63,859 nucleotides of DNA, filler included, from Octopus bimaculoides (GCF_001194135.2; 5 parts of 4 records of this genome joined end to end with filler, not necessarily neighbours in it), one strand, 5' to 3'. Shown: positions 26,745 through 39,423, counted from the whole stretch's first letter. Notes: generated from the sequence alone by a model not told the origin. Numbers and translations: made by a program.

Positions 26745-28772
26745 TTTTTAGGTCTCCTCCTATTTCTTTTCTTTGTATAATTCTGTTGTGTTCTCAGTGT
26801 CATGTTCAGGAAATAATCTCCTATATGTTTGTTCAGCATATTTCCTTAAATGTTGTTTCGTTAAAAAAAGAAAAGGTTTAGAAATTGATTCACCTTTAAA
26901 CTTCCTTGGGTTATGTAAATACCTCAAGAGAGTCAAGGTTTCAACATTTCTTCTCTTGTTATATCTATGCATAAGTCTTTCACGAAGATTTAGAGCCAAA
27001 GGGTTGCCGACGATATTAAGTTTATTCAATAAAAATTCTATAGAATATTCCGCTTTCAGTAAATCCATATCATCAGCGCAAATAGCCTTCAAAATAATTT
27101 CTACTGGATGCAGAATTTCATATAGTAAATCGAGAGATTTCCATTCTTCGTCAGCTACAGCATCTGTGGAAAGTACTGCTCGTAGAGCATTAGGAATGCA
27201 GCTTCTCAATTTCAAAAAATCTCTCAATCATATGGAATGTGCTATTCCGCCTAGTTCTGCAAACCAGTATAAATTTATATTCTATGTTATCAAAGTTCGC
27301 TCGTACAAAATCTAGCAAAATTTCATTTTTTGTAGGAGATTTACGGAAAAGTTTTGAAATTTTTCTTACCTTATTTAAAACTTTGTTAAATTCAAGTTTT
27401 AGCTGGGGAAACAAACATTTTGGTGAGCCAAATCTGTTTGAAAAAGTATGTCCTGTTGGCTTATGTCAGCTTCATCATCACTATCGTCTGTTATAGTGAT
27501 CTCTTCACTTTTTTTATCAGTTTCATCGGTTGAGGCAATATTTTCGATATTTTTTTGATAGAGAATGTCGATCACAGACAGATGTATGCAATGTGTGAGA
27601 CATTGTTGGTGATCAGGTCTTATTTCTTTTCCGAATTTCACCATCATAGAAGCACCATCCGTCGTACAGCCAACAATGTGTATATCCAAATCCAATCCAA
27701 ATTCACGAAGATGTCCTCTCACAAATTGCTCTGTTCTCCTGCTATTAAGGGAGCCATGAATCTCAATAAGACCCAACGACCAACGATTGTCTTTCCCATG
27801 AACATCTATGTTCATATATTGTTTATTTTGAATTGATGTGTATTCATCCAATGTCAATGAGTAGCGAATCTCCAGCGCTACTTCTTTTTCAAAATAATTA
27901 ATAAGTTCTTCTTTCTTGGTTATGTAATAATTCATTACCATATTCCTGACTCCGTTTGCAGATTTTGGTTGTAATTTATCATATTTGCCTCTCTGACTAT
28001 GAAGATTTCTATGTATAAAATCGCTTTTGGCGATTGAATTGAAAGAGAATCCATCCATAGCAGCTAACTTTGAAACTTCTTCTTCCATTGATTTCTTTGT
28101 TAAAAAGTGTTCCATTGTTCTTGTCATTTTTACAGGAGGCTGGTTTGCATCTTGATTTATGTCGATTTGATGAATTTTCTTCAAGTGCAAGATCAGAGAC
28201 GTAGTAGATCCTCCAGAAGACTTCATGATCTTATCACACTTGTTGCATTGAGCTTCATCTTTGTTTTTTCAATCGAAAAATTTCCAAACAGTTGATTTTC
28301 TTTTTATCATGTTAGGGCTAATGAAAATAATTAAGAAAAAAAATTAGTGTTACTTCCTTGAAATGAATCTTGAACTGGTTATTACATATGCTCAACCCGA
28401 AAGATCACCTGACTGAAGACTAACAGCATCCCCTTGACTTGCTATGAATAAAGTCGGTTACCTCCAAATTCAAAGAGTCAGCCAGGGGTTAGCGAAGGAA
28501 ATGACAAGGTGCTGATCTAAGTTTCAAGGGGAGAGAAGGTGAGAATTGATATGTTGCGATATGTTTCAATGAAACAGACAGCACTCACAACTAAAGGCGA
28601 CCGACAACAGTTCAGTTTCAACGATATTTCTTCAAAAGAAAAAAATGAAGAAATGTTTTGCGGAAAAAAAAAAAATAGAAACAGCAAGTATTAAAATCGG
28701 TTTTGGCAAATCCGTTTCGGTTTTACTGATCATAATATAAAACCGGTTTTATAAGACCAGTTTCGAGCCCTA
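26745..28772 (-). mobile_element. hAT transposon, defective, 3'-truncated
   Basis: BED finger (AQCNKCDKIMKSSGGSTTSLILHLKKIH), SLTLDEYTS, TTDGASMM, HQQCLTHCIHL, CRTRRNSTFHM (TRWNS). The 5' terminus TAGGGCTCGAAAC is at 28772 with AAACCGGTTTT-type subterminal repeats. No second TIR or dimerisation domain is seen. Confidence 0.9.
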
Positions 28773-28809
28773 GTGCGAACCAAAGAATATCGCGACGAAG
28801 TGGAAACAG

Positions 28810-29670
28810 TGTCGCACGGTCGCTACAAAAACATATAATATGACATGAGATGCGAGCAAGTGCCAGCAAGGAATGAGAGAGACAACCGTTAGTTATATAT
28901 AAAGAGTAAGTTTATTAGCATAGTGAACTGTGTGCATGCATGTGGTAATATAAGTAACACAATATGTATGACGGACCATCGTATAAGCAAGAGTGTGAGT
29001 ACAATAATATGTGTGAGTGAATGAGAAATACAGAGCATGGAATAAGTGTCTGTAACACAGTAGATAAGCGACCTGAACAAAGATAGAGAAATACCAGTTC
29101 ATAGAAGAGTTTCACAGTAGGTAGAATGTCTGTACACAAAAGGTCGTGGCCGAATAGCAGAGCTGAGGTGTCACATGTTGTGTGTGAAGTTGAGCGTCGA
29201 TGCTGCGACCGGTTACTTGGTACAGAAAATCCTCGCAGGTTGGTTCTGGCTGTTATTTATGAGGTGGAAACAATCCACACGAACAGTGTTGAGAAGGAAC
29301 CGCGGTTGCTGTTGGTAGCGTGTACTCTGGTGGTGGTGTTGGCGCTGGTGACGACGTTGTAGTAGACAGTAGATCGGTGGTGTTGACGTCGTCGCTGAAA
29401 ACTGGCTGGAGCTGTGTTCTGTGTGTGGTCTACGACTAGACCTGTGAGAGATCTAAAGCCGTGACAAACTGGCGTGGATGAAACAGGGCTCCAGAAACAA
29501 CACAAAAACTCTCTCTCACGTGACCTTGACAGAAGGCCACGATAGGTCGGTATGCACCCTGGTGCGAAACAGAACTGGAGACAAATGCCGCGCAAATAAG
29601 AGCCAATCAGGGTGATGGACACAACAGGGTCCAAACGGCCGAAGGCTAGATGTTAGCCGCTACGTTATCA
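28810..29670 (-). mobile_element. Possible solo-LTR-like GC/CpG-rich element
   Basis: TG...CA candidate ends, ATTGG/CCAAT box, AATAAA near the 3' end on the minus strand. No target-site duplication found. Confidence 0.3.
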
Positions 29671-30529
29671 TTTGTAAATAAATACCTGAGAGAGAGGTTT
29701 CACTACAAGTTTCATCACTCTGTGCATACCTCGGGCAAGCCTGGCTGATAGCACATCCATGCCTGTTGAGTTGATCCCAAACCAGCTATGCAACCCCCAC
29801 CATCCAGTAGCACTGCCTGGCCAGGGATTTCTGGAAGTTATCCATTTAATACCACTTCACACTTTTGAATTCCTTTTCAGCTATAAAAATGTCTTCACTT
29901 GCTCTTCTTGTCACTCAAGCAAAGTCGAACTCATTTTGACTAGATTTGCATGTCTCATTGTTGTCTCATTTGCATGTCCCATTTTCATTGTTGTCTTTTT
30001 CTTTAGTGATGTTGTTGGTAGTGGTAGTGGTGTACCTGCTGCTGCCACTGGCAGTGGTGGTGGAGGTGGCAGTGTTCTTGCTTGTGTTGTTGTTTTTAGT
30101 CATTGATTTCTTTTGTTGTTGTGATGATGAAAGAGATGGTAACGGCGAAGGAAAATTGCTTTCATAGGCCTCGCGTGCACTATTCTTGTTGTTGTTGTTG
30201 TTGTTGTTGCTGCTGCTGCTGCTGCTATAGCAGTCATTGTCTTTTACTCCTTGGTAGTTCTCTTTTCCAGATGACTGACTGTTCTTTCATTGGACAGACA
30301 ATTCTCGTTTGCCATCTTTTCTTTTAGCAAAAAAATGAGAGGCGTCTTAGCCCAGATAAACATCAAAACAGACCCTAAGAGCTACAGATAGAAAAGAACT
30401 AACCAGATACCCAAGGTCCTGGTTAATTCAACTTAAAACGATAACAAATGTACAATGTATAACAATGTGTAGCAATACGAATAGCAACAAAACTTACGGA
30501 GTGATGTGCAACACGTGTTGATAGACAAA

Positions 30530-30576
30530 TAATAATAAGAATTATTATTATTATCATCATCATCATCATCATCTTC

Positions 30577-30615
<39 letters not shown>

Positions 30616-31258
30616 GTTGTCTTGAACTAGGATAGATCTTATTCCCTGTAGAATTTATGAGTAGTGGGTTACTCCCAGTAACCTTAGATATTCACATGAT
30701 TTCAAAAAGCCATCATGTGCCCAAATCCCTTCTGACGATCTTTCCTGTTCCTAAGAGGCAAACCTTCTGTAGAAGCTCTACAGGTCTACTGGACATTCTA
30801 TTCCAATCTCTTTTATCCATTTGTCTATTTCATCACTCACAGTCTTTAATGCATCAATTATCACAGGTAAAATCTTTACAGCTTCCATATTCCAAATCCT
30901 TGTAATCACAAATTTTAGGTATTTGCAGTTTTTTTAGTTTTGCACCAGCTTCCTTCACAATACTGGAACCCAAATGGACATGATGAAGAAATTGGTATGC
31001 AAATACGATTTTTCTTGTCTATTGTTGTAGTATCTAGCTTGTTACATTCGATTTTTTTATCCTTCGAATGGGAAATTCCCACAAAGTCTTACGTGTTTCT
31101 GACTCAAGTACTCTTTCCACTCGATGATTGTCCCGTGTACTTCCTGCCTCAAACGCCTATAGATGGGTAGGTTGTTGTTGAGCCACCTTATGTGACTCAC
31201 TCAGAGGGCTGTAATCTCGTTTGGTAGTAAATCCAGATGAAGAATATATAAACATGGT
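30530..31258 (-). mobile_element. R4/Dong-type LINE 3' fragment (restriction-like endonuclease) with (GAT)n(AAT)n tail
   Basis: ESHKVAQ...VERVLESETRKTLWEFPI...NKLDTTTIDKKNRIC...CPF, then LLQKVCLLGTGKIVRRDLGT* (stop at 30713-30715), then a short UTR and a triplet microsatellite tail. Confidence 0.8.
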
Positions 31259-32466
31259 TGTAACTTTAAATATGTTTATCGTGGTGACACGTATATACAC
31301 AACTGAATGATAAGTGGAATGGTTGGTGCATAGAGGCCATGGTCTTCTATGCTTTTGCTCCTATCTGCTAGCTGGCATGTGGTATGAGAGAGAGCCAGTC
31401 AGGTTACGCCTTCACAATTCGCGTCCCAGTACAGAAAGAGACAGAGGTGAGTATCTGAACCTTAATGTTGCATAAGGCCCTCAATATATGGCCAGCTTGT
31501 TTGAACCCGCTGTCAAGGGGGGTAACTGTGCCTACAGAGGCCGCTTCTTAGACCAGAAGCAGTCGATTAATAGTAGTGTAGGCGGAGTGTGCACTAGGAG
31601 GGCACAGAAGAATGAACCATGGAAAAAACAGTTGCATGAACAATTGAAAAAAAATACAATGCAAATATGTACAAGGAAAATGTTCAGCAAAGAAAGGTGT
31701 CCAATCAAATAGAAAAAAACATATATGTACAATGATATAGAAAGAGAGAAAATGTGGATGCGGTGTCTATAACAACATAAGTCTATTCTCCAGAATAGTC
31801 ACTGGCGAGGCAAAGTAAAGAAATATAAATAGTCTGAGACAACTTCTTCGGCCAATGAACCGATCTGCCAGAACGTGTGCTGTAAGGTGAAGAATGTGTT
31901 TGTGTAGTTGGTGTTTTGGTGAGTGGAGGTGGTACTTGTGGGAGTGGGGATGGCAGTGCTTGTGGAATGATGGGTGTGTCAGCAAGTGGCATAAATGTTT
32001 TAGAAAAGGCTTTTTTACTCTGTCGATAGAGACAGTCTCTTTCTTTTCCGTGAATGTCCACCGAGGACAGTTTCGGTGTGCTTTTAAGAACGCAATAGGG
32101 TCCAGTGTAGGGAGGTGTAAGTGGCATTGTTTCTTACAAACATGTGAGTCCAGGTAGAAATATCCGGAGGTACAGCAGAAGAAATAGACTGGTCATGAGG
32201 AAGCATCGGTGGCAGGTCGGCAAAGAAAGACCTGAGTCATATGACGTAAGATGTGGGGTCCGCATTCGGTAAGTCAACGGGTGCCAACATTTGTCCAGGA
32301 AGTACTAAGGTGGTACCATACAGGAGTTCAGTGGAAGAGTAGCCTGAGCGGCACCCTAGCAGAACAATGGGGAGAAACTTGGACCAACGAAGTCATGCGA
32401 ATAGCGGCTTTTTCCCCCATACCATTCGCGGCGGGATGGTAACTGGTGGTGTTGATGTGTTGTACT
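31259..32466 (-). mobile_element. Gypsy/Ty3 LTR retrotransposon 3' fragment: integrase C-half plus putative 3' LTR (31259-31777)
   Basis: HINTTSYHPAANGM, WSKFLPIVLLGCR, ELLYGTTLVLPG, THMFVR..PLTPPYTGPY (GPY/F), TRSGRSV. A degenerate polypurine tract precedes TGT...(GATAAA)...TTACA. Confidence 0.85.
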
Positions 32467-33668
32467 TTCTACTTATTAGGACTTTGGTTTTAGCTAGGTT
32501 GACTCTAAGGCCCTTCGATTCTATTCCTTGCTTCCACACCTGAAACTTCTCTAGTTCTGATAGTGACTCAGCAATTAGGGCAAGGTCATCAGCATAGAGG
32601 AGCTCCCAGGGGCATCCCGTCTTGAATTCCTGCATTATTGCCTGGAGGACTATGATAAATAGGAGGGGGCTGAGGACTGAACTTTGGTGGATCCCAACCT
32701 CTAACCGGAATTCTTCACTGTACTCGTCGCCAACCCTCACCTTACTGACAGCGTCCCTGTACATGGCTTGCACAGTTCTCACTAACCACTCATCTATCCC
32801 TAGTTTCCTCATTGACCACCAGATAAGGGAGTGGGGGACCCTGTCAATGGCTTTCTCCATGTCAACGAAAGTCAGGTACAGAGGTTTATCTTTGGCTAGG
32901 TATTTCTCCTGCAGCTGTCTTACCAGAAATATAGCATCAGTGGTGCTTTTCCCTGGCACGAACCCAAACAGCATCTCATCTAAACTGACTCTCTCCCAAA
33001 TTAGTTGGGCTATGACCCTCTCCGTGACTTTCATTATCTGATCCAACAACTTGATACCTCTGTAATTATTTGTATCTAATGCATCACCTTTACCTTCGTA
33101 ACAATTTACTATGGTGCTGCTACACCAGTCATTGGATATGACTCCTTCGTGTATCACCTGGTTAACTATACGGGTAACTAGACTATAGCCGACACAACCA
33201 GATATTTTGAGCATCTCTGCAGTGATTCCTGGTGGGCTGGGGGCTTTCCCTGTCTTCATACTTTTAATTGCTTTATCTACCATGGTACTGTCAACTCAGA
33301 TAGCTGGTCCCTCTGTTGGGTCGACATTCGGCAGACTCTCTTTCTCCCATTCATTCTCTTTATTGAGCAATCTTTCATAGTAACGTCTCCAAACCTCTCT
33401 CTTTGCAGCCACATTTAGTGCAAGTGAACCATCATTCATGCTGACACATTTCTCTCCTATGACCTCACGATTTTCTCTCACACACTGTCTTGCAACATGA
33501 AATACTTCAAGTCTTTGGTCCTCACGGCACAGAACATTGGCAAATTTTTTCTTATCTGCTTCCCCTCTAGCTAAATAAAGCTAGCTATCTCCTAGCTTTC
33601 CTTCTTGCAGTCTAATACAATTCCTTGCTACCACCGTTCTTCCAGTCCTTCCAAGCCTGTTTCTTGGA
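32467..33668 (-). mobile_element. RTE-clade LINE RT fragment, truncated at both ends
   Basis: ORF 32393-33283: KAPSPPGI, NYRGIKLL, FGFVPGKSTTDAIF, FVDMEKAIDRV, GIHQSSVLSPLLF, LLYADDLAL, GLRVNLAKTKV. Confidence 0.95.
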
Positions 33669-33798
33669 TCTATTTTAAAACGGGGGCCACAGTTTTCATT
33701 AATGTTTTACGTAGTGTTTTTGGTACCGAAAGACTTTCAAACTTCGTATACTTATCTATTTTGTGTTAAAGAACAGAAAAATATTTTTGTATTAGAAT

Positions 33799-35200
33799 TT
33801 ATTTCATGTAAAAAATTGTCTTATTTCGATAATTTCAACCAATCACTGAAAAGTATTCAGTTGTTTATATTTACTCCTTTGGCTGATTAAGCGGTGTAAA
33901 GCGTATTTAATCTCCATAGCTTCGTTTTATTTGCTTTTTTCATTTTCTTTTTTTTTCTTCNNNNNNNNNNNNNNNNNNNNNNNNNNNNNNNNNNNNNNNN
34001 NNNNNNNNNNNNNNNNNNNNNNNNNNNNNNNNNNNNNNNNNNNNNNNNNNNNNNNNNNNNNNNNNNNNNNNNNNNNNNNNNNNNNNNNNNNNNNNNNNNN
34101 NNNNNNNNNNNNNNNNNNNNNNNNNNNNNNNNNNNNNNNNNNNNNNNNNNNNNNNNNNNNNNNNNNNNNNNNNNNNNNNNNNNNNNNNNNNNNNNNNNNN
34201 NNNNNNNNNNNNNNNNNNNNNNNNNNNNNNNNNNNNNNNNNNNNNNNNNNNNNNNNNNNNNNNNNNNNNNNNNNNNNNNNNNNNNNNNNNNNNNNNNNNN
34301 NNNNNNNNNNNNNNNNNNNNNNNNNNNNNNNNNNNNNNNNNNNNNNNNNNNNNNNNNNNNNNNNNNNNNNNNNNNNNNNNNNNNNNNNNNNNNNNNNNNN
34401 NNNNNNNNNNNNNNNNNNNNNNNNNNNNNNNNNNNNNNNNNNNNNNNNNNNNNNNNNNNNNNNNNNNNNNNNNNNNNNNNNNNNNNNNNNNNNNNNNNNN
34501 NNNNNNNNNNNNNNNNNNNNNNNNNNNNNNNNNNNNNNNNNNNNNNNNNNNNNNNNNNNNNNNNNNNNNNNNNNNNNNNNNNNNNNNNNNNNNNNNNNNN
34601 NNNNNNNNNNNNNNNNNNNNNNNNNNNNNNNNNNNNNNNNNNNNNNNNNNNNNNNNNNNNNNNNNNNNNNNNNNNNNNNNNNNNNNNNNNNNNNNNNNNN
34701 NNNNNNNNNNNNNNNNNNNNNNNNNNNNNNNNNNNNNNNNNNNNNNNNNNNNNNNNNNNNNNNNNNNNNNNNNNNNNNNNNNNNNNNNNNNNNNNNNNNN
34801 NNNNNNNNNNNNNNNNNNNNNNNNNNNNNNNNNNNNNNNNNNNNNNNNNNNNNNNNNNTCGTTCGTGCGTTTGTACTGGTTTTAGCTTTAGGGTTTTAGG
34901 GTTAGGGTTCGGGTTTTAGAGTTAGGGTTAGTTTTAGGATTACGGTTAGGGTTATGATTATTTTTGCCATAACCTTAACTCTAACCCTATAACTCATAAC
35001 CATAACCCTAACCCTAACCCCAACCCTAACCCTAAAACCCGAACCCTAACCCTAAAACCCTAAACCCTTACTAGGGAATAATGATATAATTAAACAGGGA
35101 ATAACACACTTGACACCGAACAGCACTAACTGTATTCAGCTGAATAGACGTCAGTGATTGGTTGAAATTACAGAAATACGACAACTTTAACATGAAATAA
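33799..35200. repeat. Inverted repeat pair of about 115 bp (33799-33915 and 35085-35200) bracketing a gap and the telomere-like foldback
   Basis: Left ttatttcatgtaaaaaattgtcttatttcgataatttcaaccaatcactgaaaagtattcag is similar to the reverse complement of right ctgaatagacgtcagtgattggttgaaattacagaaatacgacaactttaacatgaaataa. Confidence 0.8.
34882..35068. repeat. Head-to-head degenerate telomere-like repeat (TTAGGG)n then (CCCTAA)n
   Basis: G-rich arm 34882-34955, C-rich arm 34970-35068; the variant ggttcgggttttag is mirrored on both arms. Confidence 0.92.
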
Positions 35201-35672
35201 CTTGTACCACAAGCGGAGTAAGACAGAAAGAGGGAGAGTGGGGTTAGTGGTCAGAACACAAGGGAGAAAAATATTCTTTTGGGATTTGTGTAGTATAGTT
35301 TAACGAGACAGTAAATGTTGATAATAGTAAAATAGAATTGAAAAATCTGAGAGTTTTCAGTCAGCTAAGACAGAATTAGAGAAGGAAGTGAATGTGTGAT
35401 AAACTTGAATAAATGAATGAATGAATGTGGTAACATGATAATGAAATAGACAGAATAGTGAAAGAACTAAGTAAGGGGTTATGATCTGCGCATAAATAGA
35501 AGAGTATGAACGAGGTTGAAAAGACAGAGAACTTCTTATCTGGGCATCCTTCTGAGATTCGTATTTCGTCAGCAGAGGTATTAAGATCAAGTAGGGGAAT
35601 CGGGGCGATCTTTTGATTACCACTCGCTTTGCCAGGACTATTATTATTGTTATTATTATTATCATTATTATT

Positions 35673-35731
<59 letters not shown>

Positions 35732-36099
35732 TGAAATGGAATATCCCCTCTGAAATATTTTAAACATAATGCTTAACCTTTGAGCGTGAAACTTCTTTAA
35801 TTAGGAAACTTTTAATCGATTTTTTAGTTAATAAATTTCCTTACAGTTATTTCAGAAACAGATGTGTTTCTTCAAGTTATGTTTTTATGCACATTTTATT
35901 TTGATGAAAAACTCCAGGAGGTAATTACAGAGTAATTAAGTAATGAATGTCACAAACAATGAAGCATTTTTCAGAGACTTGAGCTATTGCCCAGTTTTGC
36001 TATTTGACAACCTTTAACTGGAAGCTTTATCATTATTTTGTTTAACACTCATACAAAAATATCATCAGTGAGCCACAACTAACAACACAGATATATACA

Positions 36100-36960
36100 A
36101 ATGCACCATGTTTTTGTAGATGTATGTCAGGATACCCTTCATCATAACGAAGGGGTTATTCTCAAAGCAAGCTCTTGAAGTGGAAATAGATGCTGAAAAT
36201 ATGAATTCATCCTTTTATCTTGTAGATTCTTTAAGTACACAGATTAGGTAGAATCAGGAATGATTTCAGGATCTGCACCAACATCACCCTTCCTTAATGA
36301 GTAACAGATTTGTTATCAGAGAAGATGGTTGAGACAAGTATTTGAAGCTCATAGTTAGATAAATGTTGTAAAGAATTTGTTACATTAGTCTTGGAACTTC
36401 TCCATTCAATAATGCTCCAGCCTCTCACTCACATACATACAGTCTCCTCTCTCTCTCTCTTCTATCTCTACTGTAATAGCCTATGTTCCTTGTAGATGGC
36501 TGGTCTATAAGAACTAATACATCACACTAGTTTAATTGATACAACAATCACCAAAGCAAAAAACATCCCAACTACAGACCTGAGAAGAAAACAAACACAC
36601 AAAAATAAAAATGATTTCATAAGCATTCCTTTTGTCATCACCCACAACCTAAGAAATCACGACATCATCAATACCGCAGAAAGATATCTCCCAGCTCTTC
36701 AACAGTCATCAAAAATGAGCAAATTAATAATACTGTGCAACACTCAAAAAAGTACAAGAGATCTGTGGCCATTTTTATATGCAAAATGACATGGGAAATC
36801 CATTTCTGGCTTTCTTTTTGTTGAATTAGGCATGGTTTCTACAGAATTGCCACTGTATACCCTCTTTGTCATTATTATTAAATAAAATTCTCTACCGCAT
36901 TGTAAAATGGGTTTCAACCCAGGGCTAGAGACCAATCTTAGTAACACCTACAATGTGACA
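36100..36960. mobile_element. Penelope-like fragments in opposite orientations
   Basis: Plus strand 36530-36735 reads SLIDTTITKAKNIP...IPFVITHNLRNHDII (PLE linker). Minus strand 36745-36960 has DK(E)G..TVAIL-like RT N-terminal remnants, which are weaker. Confidence 0.55.
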
Positions 36961-37888
36961 TGATAAATAGCACAGTTACAGTAAAGAGACTTCAAGTATT
37001 CCATTTTCTATGAAGAACAATACATATTTTCTACAAATTAGATTACATTCAGTAAACAAAAACAAGTGTGATTGTCACAGACGGAAGGTAGGATCCCGGT
37101 ATTTTCTTGTATTTTCTAGAATATAATGCTTTTGATATATATAAAAATAATAAGACAGTGTGCATAAAGTGTCAGATACATGATCTAAGTGGTGGAAGTA
37201 TGTAATATTTCGCTAAAAAAGACGTAAATGAAAACATAAAGCGCAAGCCTATCCTGGTGTTCCAAGAATTTTGTGAAAGGTTGTCGTTTTATATTGAAGT
37301 GCCATGCTGAGAACTTTATTTGAGTGTATCATATCGTCAGTATATAGTTATTTTTGGTTTCATATTGGACATTGGTTTTGTTATGAAAGTTCAAGAATGT
37401 AATGTTGAAATAGAAAGCCTATGACAAATCAGCTGATGCCGTCCACCCAGCCATGGGCTTAACAGCTGATTTTGTTGTTCGTGAATTTGCCGAGCGTAAG
37501 ATGTCATCAGCTTATATTTATTTCTTGTTTTATTTTGTTATTGGTTTTGTTTGCTCATAAGAAATGTCAAAGTCAAAAACTATGTAAGAGCGTAATATTG
37601 GAATAGCAACAAGAAAGTCAAAGATATTTTACGAGTGTTATCCAAGAAGTTTGTTTGTGCATATGGCTTACATTGTCTCGCTGATCTGTCATTTGTTTGA
37701 GTTTGAAAAATCCCTAATTCACATGTAAAATTTTTTCTGGTTTATTACTGTGTGCTTATATTTATGGTTTATTTTCTGGTTTATTACTGTGTGCTTATAT
37801 TTAATTGAGTTTATCACTGAATACTTTATATTTCAAAGCTTGTGTTTAATGTTATTTTTTATCTTTCAGATCTTATTTGTTTTCAACA

Positions 37889-39423
37889 ATGAGTGCAAGA
37901 CAGTAAAAAAATGTGGGGAATTGACTTTTGCTAAAGAAAAGCACAGTATTGCATGCCATATCAAGAAAATATACATGGCGTACTTCGATTGTTACTTAGG
38001 AGACCAGGATAAGTCATGGGCTCCTCGTGTGTATTGCATTACATGTGTGAAGACATTGAGTGCCTGGTATGCAGGAAAAAATGTTCACATGAAATTTGGT
38101 GTGCCAATGATTTTCTATGAGTAGAAAGATCACTCTAATGATTGCTATTTCTGTCACCATGACTTTACAGGCTGTACTACAGCAAAGAAAAAGAAACACA
38201 TTGTTTACCCAAATTTGCAATCAGCAATGTGCCCAGTAGAGCACTCAGAAAATTTACCTGTGCCCAAACCTCCAGCTCAAGAAATGCAGAGTTCCAGCAG
38301 TGCTGATGAACATTCCAGTGGTGAATGTGTGGAGCCCAATGATCCAGAAAGCAAGAATAAACCAATACCATTTTCTCAAGAGGCTCTAAATGACTTGTGC
38401 AGGGATCTCTATTTAACCAAAGAGAAAAGTGAGTTTCTGGCATCAAGGCTTCAAGAACGTAATCTTCTTGAGACAGGAGTGAAGATAACACTGTACAGAA
38501 AACGAACAGAGGACTTGCTTGCATTATTCACCATGAAGGATGACTTATGCTTTTGTAATGACATCACTGAACTTTTTGAGCAACTGGAAATACCATATGA
38601 TAAAACCAGCCGGCGACTTTTCGTAGATGCATCCAAGGACAGCATCAAAGCTGTTCTGCTGCACAATGGTAACATTCTGCCTTCTGTTCCCATAGCTTAT
38701 AGCACAACCATGAAAGAATCATATGAAAATCTGAAAGCAATTCTAACAAGCATACAGTATGATGACCATACCTGGCAGATTTTAAGGTTGTGGCCATGCT
38801 TACTGGCCTTCAGCTTGGCTATACTAAATTTTGCTGCTTCCTGTGCTTATGGAATCCCAGAGCAAGAGTTGAACATTATGTACACAAGGATGGCCGATCC
38901 GAGATGAAACTGAGCAAGGAAAACACAACATTATGCACAAACCACTTGTGAAAAGTGATAGAATATTTTTACCACCTTTTCATATTGAACTTGGTTTGTT
39001 TAAGCAATATGTGAAAGCCTTGGAGAAGGAATCCTCCGCATTTGCATATCTTGCAGAAAAGTTCCCTTCCCTGAGTCAAGCTAAAATCAAAGAAGGTTTC
39101 TTCCCCAAATTCAAAAAATTGTACTTGATGAANNNNNNNNNNATCAAAGAAGGTTTCTTCCCCAAATTCAAAAAATTGTACTTGATGAAACCTTCATCAC
39201 ACATCTCAAGAGAAAAGAGAAGCTTGCCTTTGAGTCATTCAAGAAAGTTCGAGATAACTTTCTGGGCGACCATCATTCAGAAGACTATGTACAAGTTGTG
39301 AATGATCTGCTGAGTCATTATCATGATATGGGATGTAACATGTCTCTAAAAGTTCATGTGCTTCACTCTCATTTGAATTTTTTTGCGGAAAATCTTGGTG
39401 ATGTGAGTGATGAATATGGTTAA
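37889..39423 (+). mobile_element. Chapaev3-like (CMC superfamily) transposase pseudogene, 3'-truncated
   Basis: YFDCYLGDQDKSWAPRVYCITC, FGVPMIF..KDHSNDCYFC, RLFVDASKDSIKAVLLHNGN, FLPPFHIELGLFKQYVKAL, GCNMSLKVHVLHSHL.FFAENLGDVSDE. TIRs not located. Confidence 0.8.

Noticed and set aside
32393-33283. RT-integrase fusion protein
   Set aside because: The integrase motifs are in a different frame from the RT; the ORF only runs about 24 codons past the junction.
39086-39189. Perfect 47-bp direct repeat in the Chapaev transposase
   Set aside because: The copies flank a 10-N gap, typical of unmerged overlapping contig ends.
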